This document shows, in pieces, positions 19,778 to 29,612 of a stretch of DNA of 49,167 nt; the first letter of the stretch is position 1; every line of letters starts with the position of its first letter. The DNA comes from Chthoniobacterales bacterium. Its GTDB lineage: Bacteria > Verrucomicrobiota > Verrucomicrobiia > Chthoniobacterales > JACTMZ01. The notes beneath the pieces were generated by a model. That model saw nothing but the letters and a program-made list of their open reading frames with translations, was not told the origin of the DNA and did not search any database. The stretch is taken from NCBI GenBank assembly GCA_044343805.1, contig JBIJDZ010000005.1, positions 1-49,167 of the forward strand. Direction: 5' to 3'. Position numbers and translations under genes: made by a program.

Positions 19778-20887
19778 ATGAGCAAACCGTCAATGGCTGC
19801 CACGGCAGCAGATTTTTTATCGTCATTCGCAGACAAACTTCCGCAATCCCCCAGCCTCGTGGGATTGGATGGCTTCGTGGACAAAATTCTTCATGTGGTT
19901 GCCACAAGGGAGAACGCCGACCGCTACACGCGTCTCACGAGCATGGCGGAATTCGGCCGCCGCATCACCGGTGCATCAGGCTTGAGCGCGAATTTCGAAA
20001 TGGTGCAGCAGATGGTCAAACTGGGCGGCAACGGCCCGATCATGGCCAACGCGCTCTCCGCCTACGGGTCGCCGGTCACTTACGTCGGGGTGCTGGGCTC
20101 GCCGAATCTCCACCCGGTCTTTGAGGATTTTGCCCGCCAAGCCAAGGTGATTTCGCTGGCGGAACCGGCCTGCACCGACGCGGTGGAGTTCGACGACGGC
20201 AAGTTGATGTTCGGCAAACACGAGAGTCTGCGCGAGGTGACATGGGAAAATCTGCTTTTGCACATTCCGCACGCGCAATTGGCGGATTATTTCAACAATT
20301 CCGCCCTCGTGGCTTTGGTGAACTGGACCATGCTCACGGGAATGACGCGCATTTTCGAGGAGTTGCTCGAAAAAGTGACACCGTACATGAAGGAGCGGCG
20401 CTGGATTTTCTTCGATTTGGCCGACCCGGCCAAACGCACCCGCGAGGATATCGCAAGGGCGCTTGATCTCATCGCCAAGTTCCAGACAAGCACCAAAGTA
20501 ATCTTGGGTTTGAATCTTCAGGAAGGCCGGCAGATCGGCGAGGTGCTGGGCCTGGGCACTTGCGAGGAAACGCATGATTCCGTTGCTGCCCACGCCGCCG
20601 CCATCCGTGCCAAGCTCGACCTTGAGACCGTGGTAATCCATCCGGTTGCCTTTGCGGCCGCCGCCGACGCCGGCGGCACCGCGGCGGTGCAGGGGCCGTT
20701 CATCGAGAAACCTAAAATCACCACCGGAGCCGGCGACCACTTCAACGCGGGATTTTGCATTGGCAGGATCCTCGGTGCGCCGCTCGACATCAGCTTGCAA
20801 CTCGGAGTCGGCACCTCGGGCTACTATGTGCGTTCGGCCAAAAGCCCCAACGTCGAGGACATGGTGGCTTTCTTGCGTTCGATCTGA
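19778..20887 (+). CDS. PfkB/ribokinase-superfamily carbohydrate kinase, substrate unknown
   Basis: KLGGNGPIMANAL and C-terminal TTGAGDHFNAGF. Confidence 0.8.
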   Translation: MSKPSMAATAADFLSSFADKLPQSPSLVGLDGFVDKILHVVATRENADRYTRLTSMAEFGRRITGASGLSANFEMVQQMVKLGGNGPIMANALSAYGSPVTYVGVLGSPNLHPVFEDFARQAKVISLAEPACTDAVEFDDGKLMFGKHESLREVTWENLLLHIPHAQLADYFNNSALVALVNWTMLTGMTRIFEELLEKVTPYMKERRWIFFDLADPAKRTREDIARALDLIAKFQTSTKVILGLNLQEGRQIGEVLGLGTCEETHDSVAAHAAAIRAKLDLETVVIHPVAFAAAADAGGTAAVQGPFIEKPKITTGAGDHFNAGFCIGRILGAPLDISLQLGVGTSGYYVRSAKSPNVEDMVAFLRSI

Positions 20888-20905
20888 CAAGGACACGGCG
20901 AGACG

Positions 20906-22192
20906 ATGGACCGCGCGCGATCCCACGAGCTTTTCCAGGCTGCCCTGCACCGCATCCCCGGCGGGGTGAACTCGCCGGTGCGCGCTTTCCGGTCGGTCGG
21001 CGGCGAACCCTTTTTCGTCAACCATGCCGCCGGCGCCCGCATCCGCGATGTGGATGGCAACGAATACATCGACTACGTCGGCACGTGGGGGCCGGCCATT
21101 CTCGGTCACGCCCCGCCGGTTGTGATCGAGGCCGTGCGCGAAGCCGCCTCCCACGGCCTGAGCTACGGCATCCCGAATCCTTACGAGGTGGAAATGGCCG
21201 AGCTCATCACTTCGTGGGTTCCCTCGGTCGAAAAAGTGCGCATGGTTAACAGCGGCACGGAAGCAACAATGTCCGCAATTCGTTTGGCGCGCGGTTTCAC
21301 CAAGCGCGACAAGATCGTAAAGTTCGAAGGCTGCTACCACGGACACGTCGACTCGTTGCTGGTCAAGGCCGGCAGCGGCGCACTCACCCACGGGGAACCG
21401 GACAGTGCGGGCGTGCCGGGCGCGTTGGCCTCGCTGACCATTACGCTCCCATTCAACGACCCGGCGGCGCTGGAACAAACATTCGCCGACGAGGGGGATA
21501 CCGTCGCCGCCGTGATCGTGGAACCGGTCCCCGCCAATGCAGGGCTTATCCCGCCCCAGCCCGGATTTTTGGAAAAACTACGAACGCTCTGCTCGCGGCA
21601 TGGCGCCGTGCTCATTTTCGACGAGGTGATGACCGGTTTCCGCGTGGCCAAAGGCGGCGTGCAGGAACTCACCGGCATCACGCCCGATCTCACGGCGATG
21701 GGCAAAGTGATTGGCGGAGGTTTGCCCGTAGGCGCCTTCGGCGGACGGGCCGACATCATGGACCATCTCTCGCCGCTCGGGCCGGTCTATCAAGCAGGGA
21801 CGCTCTCCGGCAACCCGTTGGCCATGGCCGCGGGCTTGGCGCAGCTGCGCGAACTCGAGCGGATCAATGCCTGGTCATATCTCGACAGACTCGGGGCAGA
21901 GTTGGAATCGGCCGTGCGAAAAACTTTGGCCGCGACTGGATGCAATTACGCATTCCACCGCCTGGGCAGCATGTTCTGCCTGTTCTTCACCCCCGAGCCC
22001 GTCAGGAACCTTGAGGAGGCCAAAAAGTCCGACACGGCGGCCTTTGCATCATTTTTCCATCGCTGCCTTGATGCGGGGGTGTATTTTGCCCCGTCGCAAT
22101 TCGAGACGGGATTTATCAGCACCGCCCACACGGCGGATGATCTGGCCCGCACGGCGGAAGTCACCGCGAAAGCTTTGCGACCCACTGCATGA
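20906..22192 (+). CDS. hemL: Glutamate-1-semialdehyde 2,1-aminomutase
   Basis: [42 protein letters not shown] and [10 protein letters not shown]. Confidence 0.97.
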   Translation: MDRARSHELFQAALHRIPGGVNSPVRAFRSVGGEPFFVNHAAGARIRDVDGNEYIDYVGTWGPAILGHAPPVVIEAVREAASHGLSYGIPNPYEVEMAELITSWVPSVEKVRMVNSGTEATMSAIRLARGFTKRDKIVKFEGCYHGHVDSLLVKAGSGALTHGEPDSAGVPGALASLTITLPFNDPAALEQTFADEGDTVAAVIVEPVPANAGLIPPQPGFLEKLRTLCSRHGAVLIFDEVMTGFRVAKGGVQELTGITPDLTAMGKVIGGGLPVGAFGGRADIMDHLSPLGPVYQAGTLSGNPLAMAAGLAQLRELERINAWSYLDRLGAELESAVRKTLAATGCNYAFHRLGSMFCLFFTPEPVRNLEEAKKSDTAAFASFFHRCLDAGVYFAPSQFETGFISTAHTADDLARTAEVTAKALRPTA

Positions 22193-22770
22193 ACCCAGCC
22201 GAGGAACCAGATGACCGCTCGATCGAGTTGGAGTTGCTCGCCCGCATCGCGCGGCGCGAGCGGGTGGCATTCGAGCAACTCTATGACCGCTATGCGAATA
22301 TCCTCTACGCGACGGCGCTCAAATTTGTCAAAGAAAGCGCCGATGCACAGGACGTGGTGCAGGACGTCTTCATCCAGATTTGGGACAAAGCGCATCTTTA
22401 CGATCCGGCCAAAGGCAAGCCCCTCACGTGGGCCCTCACGCTCACCCGCAACCGCTCGATCGACCGCATCCGGTCCATCCGGCGGCGCACGAGGTTGCGT
22501 GACGACTTCGAGGCGGAGACGAGAGTCGATGAATCCGCCGGAGTCAAAGAGGCGTTATCTGAAGTGGATGCCGGAGAAAAAGGCCAGATTTTACGCAAGG
22601 CAGTCGCCCAACTGTCCACCCAGCAACGGAGAGTCATCGAATTGGCTTACTTCCGCGGTCTCACCCAAGTGGAAATTGCCGATCAACTGGGCGAACCTCT
22701 CGGAACCATCAAAGCCCGCGCCCGCCGCGGATTGTTGAAATTAAAAGAACTCCTCTCCCACCAGTTATGA
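22189..22770 (+). CDS. ECF RNA polymerase sigma factor (SigK-like)
   Basis: [29 protein letters not shown] and [13 protein letters not shown]...PLGTIK. Confidence 0.9.
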   Translation: MNPAEEPDDRSIELELLARIARRERVAFEQLYDRYANILYATALKFVKESADAQDVVQDVFIQIWDKAHLYDPAKGKPLTWALTLTRNRSIDRIRSIRRRTRLRDDFEAETRVDESAGVKEALSEVDAGEKGQILRKAVAQLSTQQRRVIELAYFRGLTQVEIADQLGEPLGTIKARARRGLLKLKELLSHQL

Positions 22771-23501
22771 ACCGCGAACAGATCGAAGAACTCGCTTCCC
22801 TGCATGCCCTCGGCGCGCTCGACGGGGAAGATCTGGCCGCATGGGACCAACTCCACGAGAGCAATCCAGAGGCCCGGCAACTCGGCGAGGAACTCTTGGA
22901 AACCGCCGCCCAACTTTTGCCTCCCGCCGCCGGGATCTCCGCCCCGCCGGCCTTGCGAGGTCGCGTGATGGATGCCGTTTTCGGCAAAGACCCGATGTCT
23001 GCGGCTAACTCTACAGGTACCTCCGATTCTGCCGCGTTCGGGTGGAAAGCTTGGTCCGCCGCCGCCGCCATCATCTTGCTCGCATTGGCTGGCACCTCGG
23101 GAGTCACCAACCAAAAAGAGAGCATCGTCGTGCGCGATGCCCGGCCGGATGGACGCGGACTTTTCATTCCTCTGGCCGGCTACGGCGACTTCAGCGGCGT
23201 GCACGCCAATGTGTTATGGGACAGCGGACAGCGCGGGTGGTATGTGCAGGCGGACGGGCTGCCCGCTCTTCCATCGACCCACACCTACCGCGTGTGGGCG
23301 GTGTGCGCGGACGGCAATTTGCATGACTGCGGAGACTTGCCACTGCAGTCCGGAGGCACCGCGCGGCGCTTCGTTCGACCCGGCGATTTGATCGACTCGA
23401 TGCAGGGATTTGTTGTCTCGGTCGAACCCGCCGGTCAAGCCGGGCCGCTGCCAACTTCAAACGCCGTCTTGATCAGCCCCGGCCTGCTGCGCCGCGGCTA
23501 A
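22767..23501 (+). CDS. Anti-sigma factor, RskA-like
   Basis: N-terminal ELASLHALGALD..., PPALRGRVM, one TM segment and C-terminal LPALP...YRVW...FVVSVEPAG; coupled to the sigma gene. Confidence 0.82.
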   Translation: MNREQIEELASLHALGALDGEDLAAWDQLHESNPEARQLGEELLETAAQLLPPAAGISAPPALRGRVMDAVFGKDPMSAANSTGTSDSAAFGWKAWSAAAAIILLALAGTSGVTNQKESIVVRDARPDGRGLFIPLAGYGDFSGVHANVLWDSGQRGWYVQADGLPALPSTHTYRVWAVCADGNLHDCGDLPLQSGGTARRFVRPGDLIDSMQGFVVSVEPAGQAGPLPTSNAVLISPGLLRRG

Positions 23502-23791
23502 AAAACCAGCACCACTACGATCCCGGCAAGGATGGCCACGGCGATTCCGACACCGAGACCTTGCGATCCTTTGGCCAACGGACTGTTCGATTTGGCGAAC
23601 CACTCGGCCAAGATAAGCCAGATGGCGGGAATCAAAAGAAACCACACGCCTTGATTCGCGGAAAAGACCGTAAATTGATCCGCCCACCCCTGCGGCGGGA
23701 CGGCAATGGCCCCAGAGTTGACCAAAATCCGCGCGGCCATCACCCCGAGAGCCAGCATGATGAATTGCGCCAGTGCGATCGCGATATTCAT
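23498..23791 (-). CDS. Small 3-TM hypothetical membrane protein
   Basis: 97 aa with three hydrophobic segments; fills the gap between neighbouring genes. Confidence 0.65.
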   Translation of the reverse strand: MNIAIALAQFIMLALGVMAARILVNSGAIAVPPQGWADQFTVFSANQGVWFLLIPAIWLILAEWFAKSNSPLAKGSQGLGVGIAVAILAGIVVVLVF

Positions 23792-23877
23792 GGTGCAATC
23801 ACCCTGCTCCTTCCGGGAGAGGTGGTCAATCTTGCGATCCGCTCGACTTTATCCCCGCGTTGCCATAGCTGAATGCC

Positions 23878-26433
23878 GTGCAACCTACTGCGCCGGTCCG
23901 CGTCCAAGCCAAGTTCTTCTTCGAGGGAGAGAAAAAGTTTTTTGTCAAAGGCACCACCTACGGACCCTTTGCGCCGGATAAACGCGCCGAGCACTTCGGC
24001 CACCCGGAGAAAGCCCGCAACGACTTCGCCCTCATGCGGAAGGCGGGGATCAACCTCGTGCGCGTCTATTACGTGCCACCGAAGTGGTTCCTCGACGCCT
24101 GCACCGAGCACGGCATCCGCTGCCTGATCTCGATTCCGTGGGCCGAGCATATCGAATTTCTCAACCAGCGAAAAATCCGTCGCGAGATCGAAAACACGGT
24201 GGTCGCCGCCGTGCAGACAAACCTCGGACACCCCGCCATTTTCGGCTTTCTCATCGGCAATGAAATCCCCAGCCACATGGTGCGCTGGCTCGGGCCCCGC
24301 CGCGTCACGGAATTTCTTGAAAGCCTGATCAACCAAGCCAAACAAGCCAACCCCGGCGTCCTTTATTCCTACGCCAGCTTTCCGCCTACCGAATACCTGC
24401 TCCCGCAGAACGCGGACTTTCTGACTTTCAATGTCTATCTCCACCGCCAGGAAGATTTCGACCGCTACCTCGCGCGTCTGCAAAACCTAGCCGAAGACCG
24501 CCCGCTGCTACTCGGGGAGTTCGGTATGGACACCATCCGCCATACCGAGGACGAGCAGGCAGAGATGCTCGGGTGGCACATCGAGAGCGTCGTGCGCGGC
24601 GGCTTGGCCGGCACCATCATCTACGCTTGGACCGACGAGTGGTTCCGGGGCGGCATGGAAATCACCGACTGGGCTTTCGGATTGGTCACGCGCGACCGCC
24701 GGCCGAAGAAAGCCTTCGAGACAGTCAAAAAACTTTTCGCCGGCGACAAGCCTGTAGCCGAGCGGGTGCCTCTCCAGTGCTACCCGCGCGTGTCTGTTAT
24801 TGTCTGCTCCTACAACGGCGGCAAAACATTGCATGACTGCCTCGCCGCACTCGACCGGGTGGACTATCCTGATTTCGAGATCGTGTTTGTCGACGACGGC
24901 TCGACGGATGACTCCCAAGCGACCGTCGCCGCATGGGAAAAAGCGCGCGAGGTCCGCCGGGCGCAGGGCTCAAAGCTGCCCGGTTTCCAGAACATCCGGC
25001 AAATAAACATGGGTCTCAGTTACGCCCGCAACGCCGGGGCGGCGGCCAGCACCGGCGAAATCATCGCTTACACCGACAGCGACTGCATGGCTGATCCCGA
25101 CTGGCTTTACTATCTCGTCGGCACGTTGCTCTCGGGCGATTACGCCGGCGTGGGCGGTCCGAATATCTCGCCTCCGGCGCAGGACTGGATCCAAGCCTGC
25201 GTCGCGGCCGCACCGGGTGGCCCGAGCCATGTGCTGCTCACCGACGTGGTGGCCGAGCACATCCCGGGATGCAACATGGCCTTCCACCGCTGGGCATTCG
25301 ACTCGGTCGGGGGCTTCGACCCGGAATACCGTAAGGCGGGCGACGATGTGGACTTCTGCTGGAGATTGCAACAAAGCGGCGGCGTGATCGCCTTCAGCCC
25401 CGCGGCGATCGTGTGGCACTACCGGCGATTCACCCTGCGGGCCTTCCGCAAGCAGCAGGAAGGCTACGGCGAAGCAGAGTCGATGCTGCGTTTCAAGCAT
25501 CTGGTCTTTTTCGGCCCAACCGGCACGGCCAAATGGAAAGGCCAGATTTACGGCGCCCCACGCTTCACTTGGCTGGTCAATCGCCCGCTCATCTATCACG
25601 GCGTCTTCGGCGAAGGTTTGTTCCAAAGCATTTACCCCACCCCGCGTTCGGAGATCGCGAACTACTTGGCCAGCTTGGAGTGGGTGGCGCTCACGGCCTT
25701 CATCGCCGTCGTTTCCATCGGCTTCCCGCCGCTGCGCATCGTGCCGTATCTCATGATCGGCGGCACCTTGCTGGTGGCTCTCTCCTATATGCTGCAAGCA
25801 CGGCTCGAGCCGCAATTCGACTCGGTGCGGGCGCGCCTGCTGGTGGCTTTCCTCGCGTTCACCCAGCCTCTCGTCCGCGGCTGGATGCGCTACTACACCT
25901 GGCTCAAATACAAACGCACTCCCGCCACCGTCATCCGCACCCCCGAGCAGGAACTCGAGCACCGTCACGCCGGCGGCAGTGTCTCGGATTTTGAATTCTG
26001 GAACGAAGAGGGGCACGGACGCGAACGCCTGCTCGCCGAAACCACGCGCCTGCTGGAAGAAGAAGGTTGGAGCTACTCCATCGACACGGGCTGGAACGAT
26101 TGGGACCTGCAAATCTACGGCAGCTTCTGGTGGCTCGTCCGTCTGCGCTCGGTCACGGAATACCACGGCGGCCCGAAATGCCTCACCCGCGCGAAACTCA
26201 AGCTGCGCATGGGCGGAGCAGCCGTCCTGGCCAACTTCCTCGCGCTCACGACTCTGGCCTACCAGCAGCTGTTGGCCGGCGGCATGGCTTGGTGGGCTCT
26301 GGTCGGATACGCCGTTTTGGCCGCCTTTCTCTGGTTCCGCGCCCGTCGACTCCAGCGCCGCGTGGCCGATCTGTTAGCCGTGGCCGCAAGGCACGCCGGG
26401 CTATCACGGGTCTCGAAAAAACAGGCAGCGTGA
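23878..26433 (+). CDS. Fusion of GH-A clan (GH2/GH5-like) TIM barrel, GT2 glycosyltransferase and C-terminal TM helices
   Basis: IGNEIP and LGEFG (clan GH-A catalytic glutamates), WTDEW; then VSVIVCSYN, VDDGSTD, YTDSD and GDDVD. Confidence 0.85.
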   Translation: MQPTAPVRVQAKFFFEGEKKFFVKGTTYGPFAPDKRAEHFGHPEKARNDFALMRKAGINLVRVYYVPPKWFLDACTEHGIRCLISIPWAEHIEFLNQRKIRREIENTVVAAVQTNLGHPAIFGFLIGNEIPSHMVRWLGPRRVTEFLESLINQAKQANPGVLYSYASFPPTEYLLPQNADFLTFNVYLHRQEDFDRYLARLQNLAEDRPLLLGEFGMDTIRHTEDEQAEMLGWHIESVVRGGLAGTIIYAWTDEWFRGGMEITDWAFGLVTRDRRPKKAFETVKKLFAGDKPVAERVPLQCYPRVSVIVCSYNGGKTLHDCLAALDRVDYPDFEIVFVDDGSTDDSQATVAAWEKAREVRRAQGSKLPGFQNIRQINMGLSYARNAGAAASTGEIIAYTDSDCMADPDWLYYLVGTLLSGDYAGVGGPNISPPAQDWIQACVAAAPGGPSHVLLTDVVAEHIPGCNMAFHRWAFDSVGGFDPEYRKAGDDVDFCWRLQQSGGVIAFSPAAIVWHYRRFTLRAFRKQQEGYGEAESMLRFKHLVFFGPTGTAKWKGQIYGAPRFTWLVNRPLIYHGVFGEGLFQSIYPTPRSEIANYLASLEWVALTAFIAVVSIGFPPLRIVPYLMIGGTLLVALSYMLQARLEPQFDSVRARLLVAFLAFTQPLVRGWMRYYTWLKYKRTPATVIRTPEQELEHRHAGGSVSDFEFWNEEGHGRERLLAETTRLLEEEGWSYSIDTGWNDWDLQIYGSFWWLVRLRSVTEYHGGPKCLTRAKLKLRMGGAAVLANFLALTTLAYQQLLAGGMAWWALVGYAVLAAFLWFRARRLQRRVADLLAVAARHAGLSRVSKKQAA

Positions 26434-27407
26434 GCGCGCTCCTGAGCGATTACGATTTCGAACTGCCGCGTGAACTGATCGCTTCGCGGCCGCTGGCCGA
26501 GCGTTCCGCCTCGCGGATGCTGGTGGTCGATCGGACGACCGGCACGATCTCGCATCAAACATTTCGCGATTTGCCCGGTTATCTTCAACCCTGCGACCTG
26601 CTCGTGCTGAACAACTCACGCGTCATTCCATCGCGCCTGCTCACGCCCGACCATCGCATCGAGCTTCTCCTTTTCGAGCATCTCGGTCCGGCGCGCTGGC
26701 GCGCTTTTGCCAGACCAGGCAAACGCACCCGCACCGGCGAAAGTTTCGCCATCGCCGAAACCACCGCCACTATCGAAGCAATCGACGAGGCCGACGGCAC
26801 GCGCATTGTCCGCTTTGAGTCCGAACCCGACCTCGAAGAGCTCGGTCGCATCCCCATCCCGCCGTATCTCGGACGCGAGGATGACGAGGAGGACCGGGTG
26901 CGCTACCAGACCGTTTATGCCAGCGTGGCCGGGTCCGTCGCCGCACCGACGGCCGGACTCCATTTCACCCCGGAAATTCTCGCCTCGCTGCCCCATGCGT
27001 TCGTCACCCTGCACGTCGGGCCGGGAACCTTCCTGCCCGTGCGCACCGACAATCTCGAGGAGCATAAAATGCACGGCGAGGATTACCGGATAAGCGAGGA
27101 AACCGCCGCTGCCATCAACACCGCGCAACGCGTCATCGCCGTCGGCACGACCAGTCTGCGGGTGCTGGAGTCGCTACCCCCGGGGCCGGTCGCCGCCGGG
27201 CGCGGTCGCACGGAATTATTCATCCGCCCCGGATTCACCTTCCACCACACCGGCGCCCTGCTCACCAATTTTCACCTCCCGAAATCGACACTCTTCGTGC
27301 TGGTCTGCGCTCTGGCGGGCACGAATCTGATGCGCGCCGCCTACGCGGAAGCGATCCGCGAGCGTTACCGCTTTTTCAGCTACGGCGACTGCATGTTGAT
27401 TCTCTGA
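26430..27407 (+). CDS. queA: S-adenosylmethionine:tRNA ribosyltransferase-isomerase
   Basis: YDFELP, PIPPYL, RYQTVYA, VAAPTAGLHF, TNFHLPKS and FFSYGD. Confidence 0.97.
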   Translation: MSALLSDYDFELPRELIASRPLAERSASRMLVVDRTTGTISHQTFRDLPGYLQPCDLLVLNNSRVIPSRLLTPDHRIELLLFEHLGPARWRAFARPGKRTRTGESFAIAETTATIEAIDEADGTRIVRFESEPDLEELGRIPIPPYLGREDDEEDRVRYQTVYASVAGSVAAPTAGLHFTPEILASLPHAFVTLHVGPGTFLPVRTDNLEEHKMHGEDYRISEETAAAINTAQRVIAVGTTSLRVLESLPPGPVAAGRGRTELFIRPGFTFHHTGALLTNFHLPKSTLFVLVCALAGTNLMRAAYAEAIRERYRFFSYGDCMLIL

Positions 27408-27447
27408 CGAGTCTCGCCAAAGGCCGGGCCGCCAAGTAAAAAACGGC

Positions 27448-28461
27448 ATGAGCACAATCAAAGCTTACGCCGCCAAGTCAGCCGGCGCCGCCCTCGAGCC
27501 TTTCGAATTCACACCCAAGCCGCTCGGCGACGAGCAAGTGGAAATCGCCGTCGATTACTGCGGCATCTGCCACTCGGACCTCTCGGTCATCCATAACGAC
27601 TGGGGCAATGCGGTCTATCCTCTCGTTCCCGGCCACGAGGTTTCCGGCCGTATCGTCGCCGCCGGCGACAAAGTGAAAAATGTGAAAGTCGGCGACCGCG
27701 TCGGCCTCGGCTGGTTTTCCGGCAGCTGCATGGCATGTCCGGATTGTATGCGGGGCGACCACAATCTCTGCGGCAACGGCGAGGACACCATCATCGGACG
27801 CCCCGGCGGTTTCTCAGAACGCGTGCGCGCTCACTGGGCCTGGGCCATACCGATTCCCGATGGCGTCGATCCCGCCAAGGCCGGACCGCTTTTCTGCGGC
27901 GGTATCACCGTTTTCAATCCCATCGTGCAATGCGGCGTGAAGCCAACCGACCGCGTGGGCGTGGTCGGCGTGGGCGGACTCGGCCACATGGCCATCCAGT
28001 TTCTTAACAAGTGGGGATGCGAGGTCTTCGCCTTCACTTCGTCGGAGGACAAAAAAACTGAACTGCAAAAGATGGGGGCGCACCATGTGGTGAATTCGAA
28101 AGATCCCGCGAAGTTCAAACCGCTGGCCCGATCGCTGGATTTTATCCTCGTCACCGTCAACGTTTCGCTCGACTGGCCCGCTTATGTGGAGACGCTCGCA
28201 CCACGCGGCCGTCTCCATTTCGTCGGCGCCGTGCTGGAACCGCTCAATATCGGCGTGTTCCCGCTGCTGATGGGACAACGCTCCGTCTCGGCCTCCCCGC
28301 TGGGCAGCCCGGCCACCACGGCGCAGATGCTGGACTTCTGCGCGCGGCACAAAATCGAAGCCGTTACCGAAACCTTTCCGATGTCGAAAGTGAACGATGC
28401 GCTCGCGCACCTCGAATCCGGCCAAGCGCGTTACCGCATCGTGCTGCAGAACGACTTTTAA
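27448..28461 (+). CDS. Zn-dependent NAD(P)H aldehyde reductase / alcohol dehydrogenase (Ahr/YjgB-like)
   Basis: CGICHSD, GHE, CxxCxxC..C, PLFCGGITVFNP, GVGGLGH and ARYRIVL. Confidence 0.92.
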   Translation: MSTIKAYAAKSAGAALEPFEFTPKPLGDEQVEIAVDYCGICHSDLSVIHNDWGNAVYPLVPGHEVSGRIVAAGDKVKNVKVGDRVGLGWFSGSCMACPDCMRGDHNLCGNGEDTIIGRPGGFSERVRAHWAWAIPIPDGVDPAKAGPLFCGGITVFNPIVQCGVKPTDRVGVVGVGGLGHMAIQFLNKWGCEVFAFTSSEDKKTELQKMGAHHVVNSKDPAKFKPLARSLDFILVTVNVSLDWPAYVETLAPRGRLHFVGAVLEPLNIGVFPLLMGQRSVSASPLGSPATTAQMLDFCARHKIEAVTETFPMSKVNDALAHLESGQARYRIVLQNDF

Positions 28462-28955
28462 GACCCCGGATTGCCCGCCCTCTTGCGGGCGAAGAAATCT
28501 TTGAGCATGGCGGCCGATTCCTCGCCGAGCACACCGCTGGTCACCTCGCAGCGGTGATTGAGCGGGGCGCTTTGCAGGAGGTTGATCCAGCCGCCGGCCG
28601 CGCCGCCCCTAGGATCCGGACAACCAAAGACCACGCGGCGCAAGCGGGCAAGCACGATGGCGCCCGCGCACATCGGGCACGGCTCCTTCGTCACGTAAAG
28701 GTCGCATTCGTTGAGCCGCCAATCGCCGACCGCCGCCTCGGCCTGCGTGATTGCGAGCATCTCGGCATGCGCCGTGGCATCCTTGAGCATCTCGACTTGG
28801 TTCCAAGCGCGGGCAATGACTTCGCCATGGCGCACGATGACCGCGCCGATCGGAACTTCGTCCGCCGCGGCGGCTTTGCGGGCGCAGCGCAGGGCGGACT
28901 GCATGTAGAAAACATCCGGCTGCCAGTCGAAGCCTTGGATTTCCGCGTCGCTCAC
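28458..28955 (-). CDS. tadA: tRNA adenosine(34) deaminase
   Basis: EVPIGAV, AHAE, EPCPMCAGA; GTG 28955 follows GGAGG. Confidence 0.93.
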   Translation of the reverse strand: MSDAEIQGFDWQPDVFYMQSALRCARKAAAADEVPIGAVIVRHGEVIARAWNQVEMLKDATAHAEMLAITQAEAAVGDWRLNECDLYVTKEPCPMCAGAIVLARLRRVVFGCPDPRGGAAGGWINLLQSAPLNHRCEVTSGVLGEESAAMLKDFFARKRAGNPGS

Positions 28956-28969
28956 CCTAACCTCCCCGC

Positions 28970-29611
28970 ATGAAAACGCTCGTCGCGCCTTCCATCCTTG
29001 CCTGCGATTTCGCGTGCCTCGGCGAAGAAGTGGCCGAGGTGACACGCGCTGGCGCGGATTGGATTCACTGCGATGTGATGGACGGGCATTTCGTGGACAA
29101 CATCTCGTTCGGCTCGGCTTTTGTCGAGGCGGCCGCGCGGCACACCGATCTTCCGCTCGACGTTCATCTCATGATCACCCACCCCGACCGCTACCTGGAT
29201 CGTTACTTGCCGGTGGCGGCTTCGGTGGACATTCACCTCGAATCCGACACGAATGTGCCGGAGACGCTCCGGCGTATTCGCGCGGCCGGCAAGAGAGCCG
29301 GGTTGGCCATCAATCCCCGAACTCCGGCTGAGGCCATCGCGCCTTATCTGGGGCAGTTCGACATCCTGCTCGTAATGACCGTGGAACCTGGTTTTGGCGG
29401 GCAACCTTTCATGGCCGACATGTTGCCCAAAATCCGGGCCGCTGCGGAAATGCGCGCGAAAGCCGGGCTGTCTTTCCACCTCACCGTCGATGGCGGGATC
29501 AATGTAGAAACCGCCCGCCCATGTCGTGAAGCGGGAGCCGATATCATGGTGGCGGGAACCTCCGTCTTCCGGTCCCAAGACCGCCGCGCCGAGATTGCCG
29601 CTTTGCGTTGA
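28970..29611 (+). CDS. rpe: Ribulose-phosphate 3-epimerase
   Basis: APSIL, HCDVMDGHFV, DVHLM, MTVEPGFGGQ and VDGGIN. Confidence 0.97.
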   Translation: MKTLVAPSILACDFACLGEEVAEVTRAGADWIHCDVMDGHFVDNISFGSAFVEAAARHTDLPLDVHLMITHPDRYLDRYLPVAASVDIHLESDTNVPETLRRIRAAGKRAGLAINPRTPAEAIAPYLGQFDILLVMTVEPGFGGQPFMADMLPKIRAAAEMRAKAGLSFHLTVDGGINVETARPCREAGADIMVAGTSVFRSQDRRAEIAALR

Positions 29612-29612
29612 G

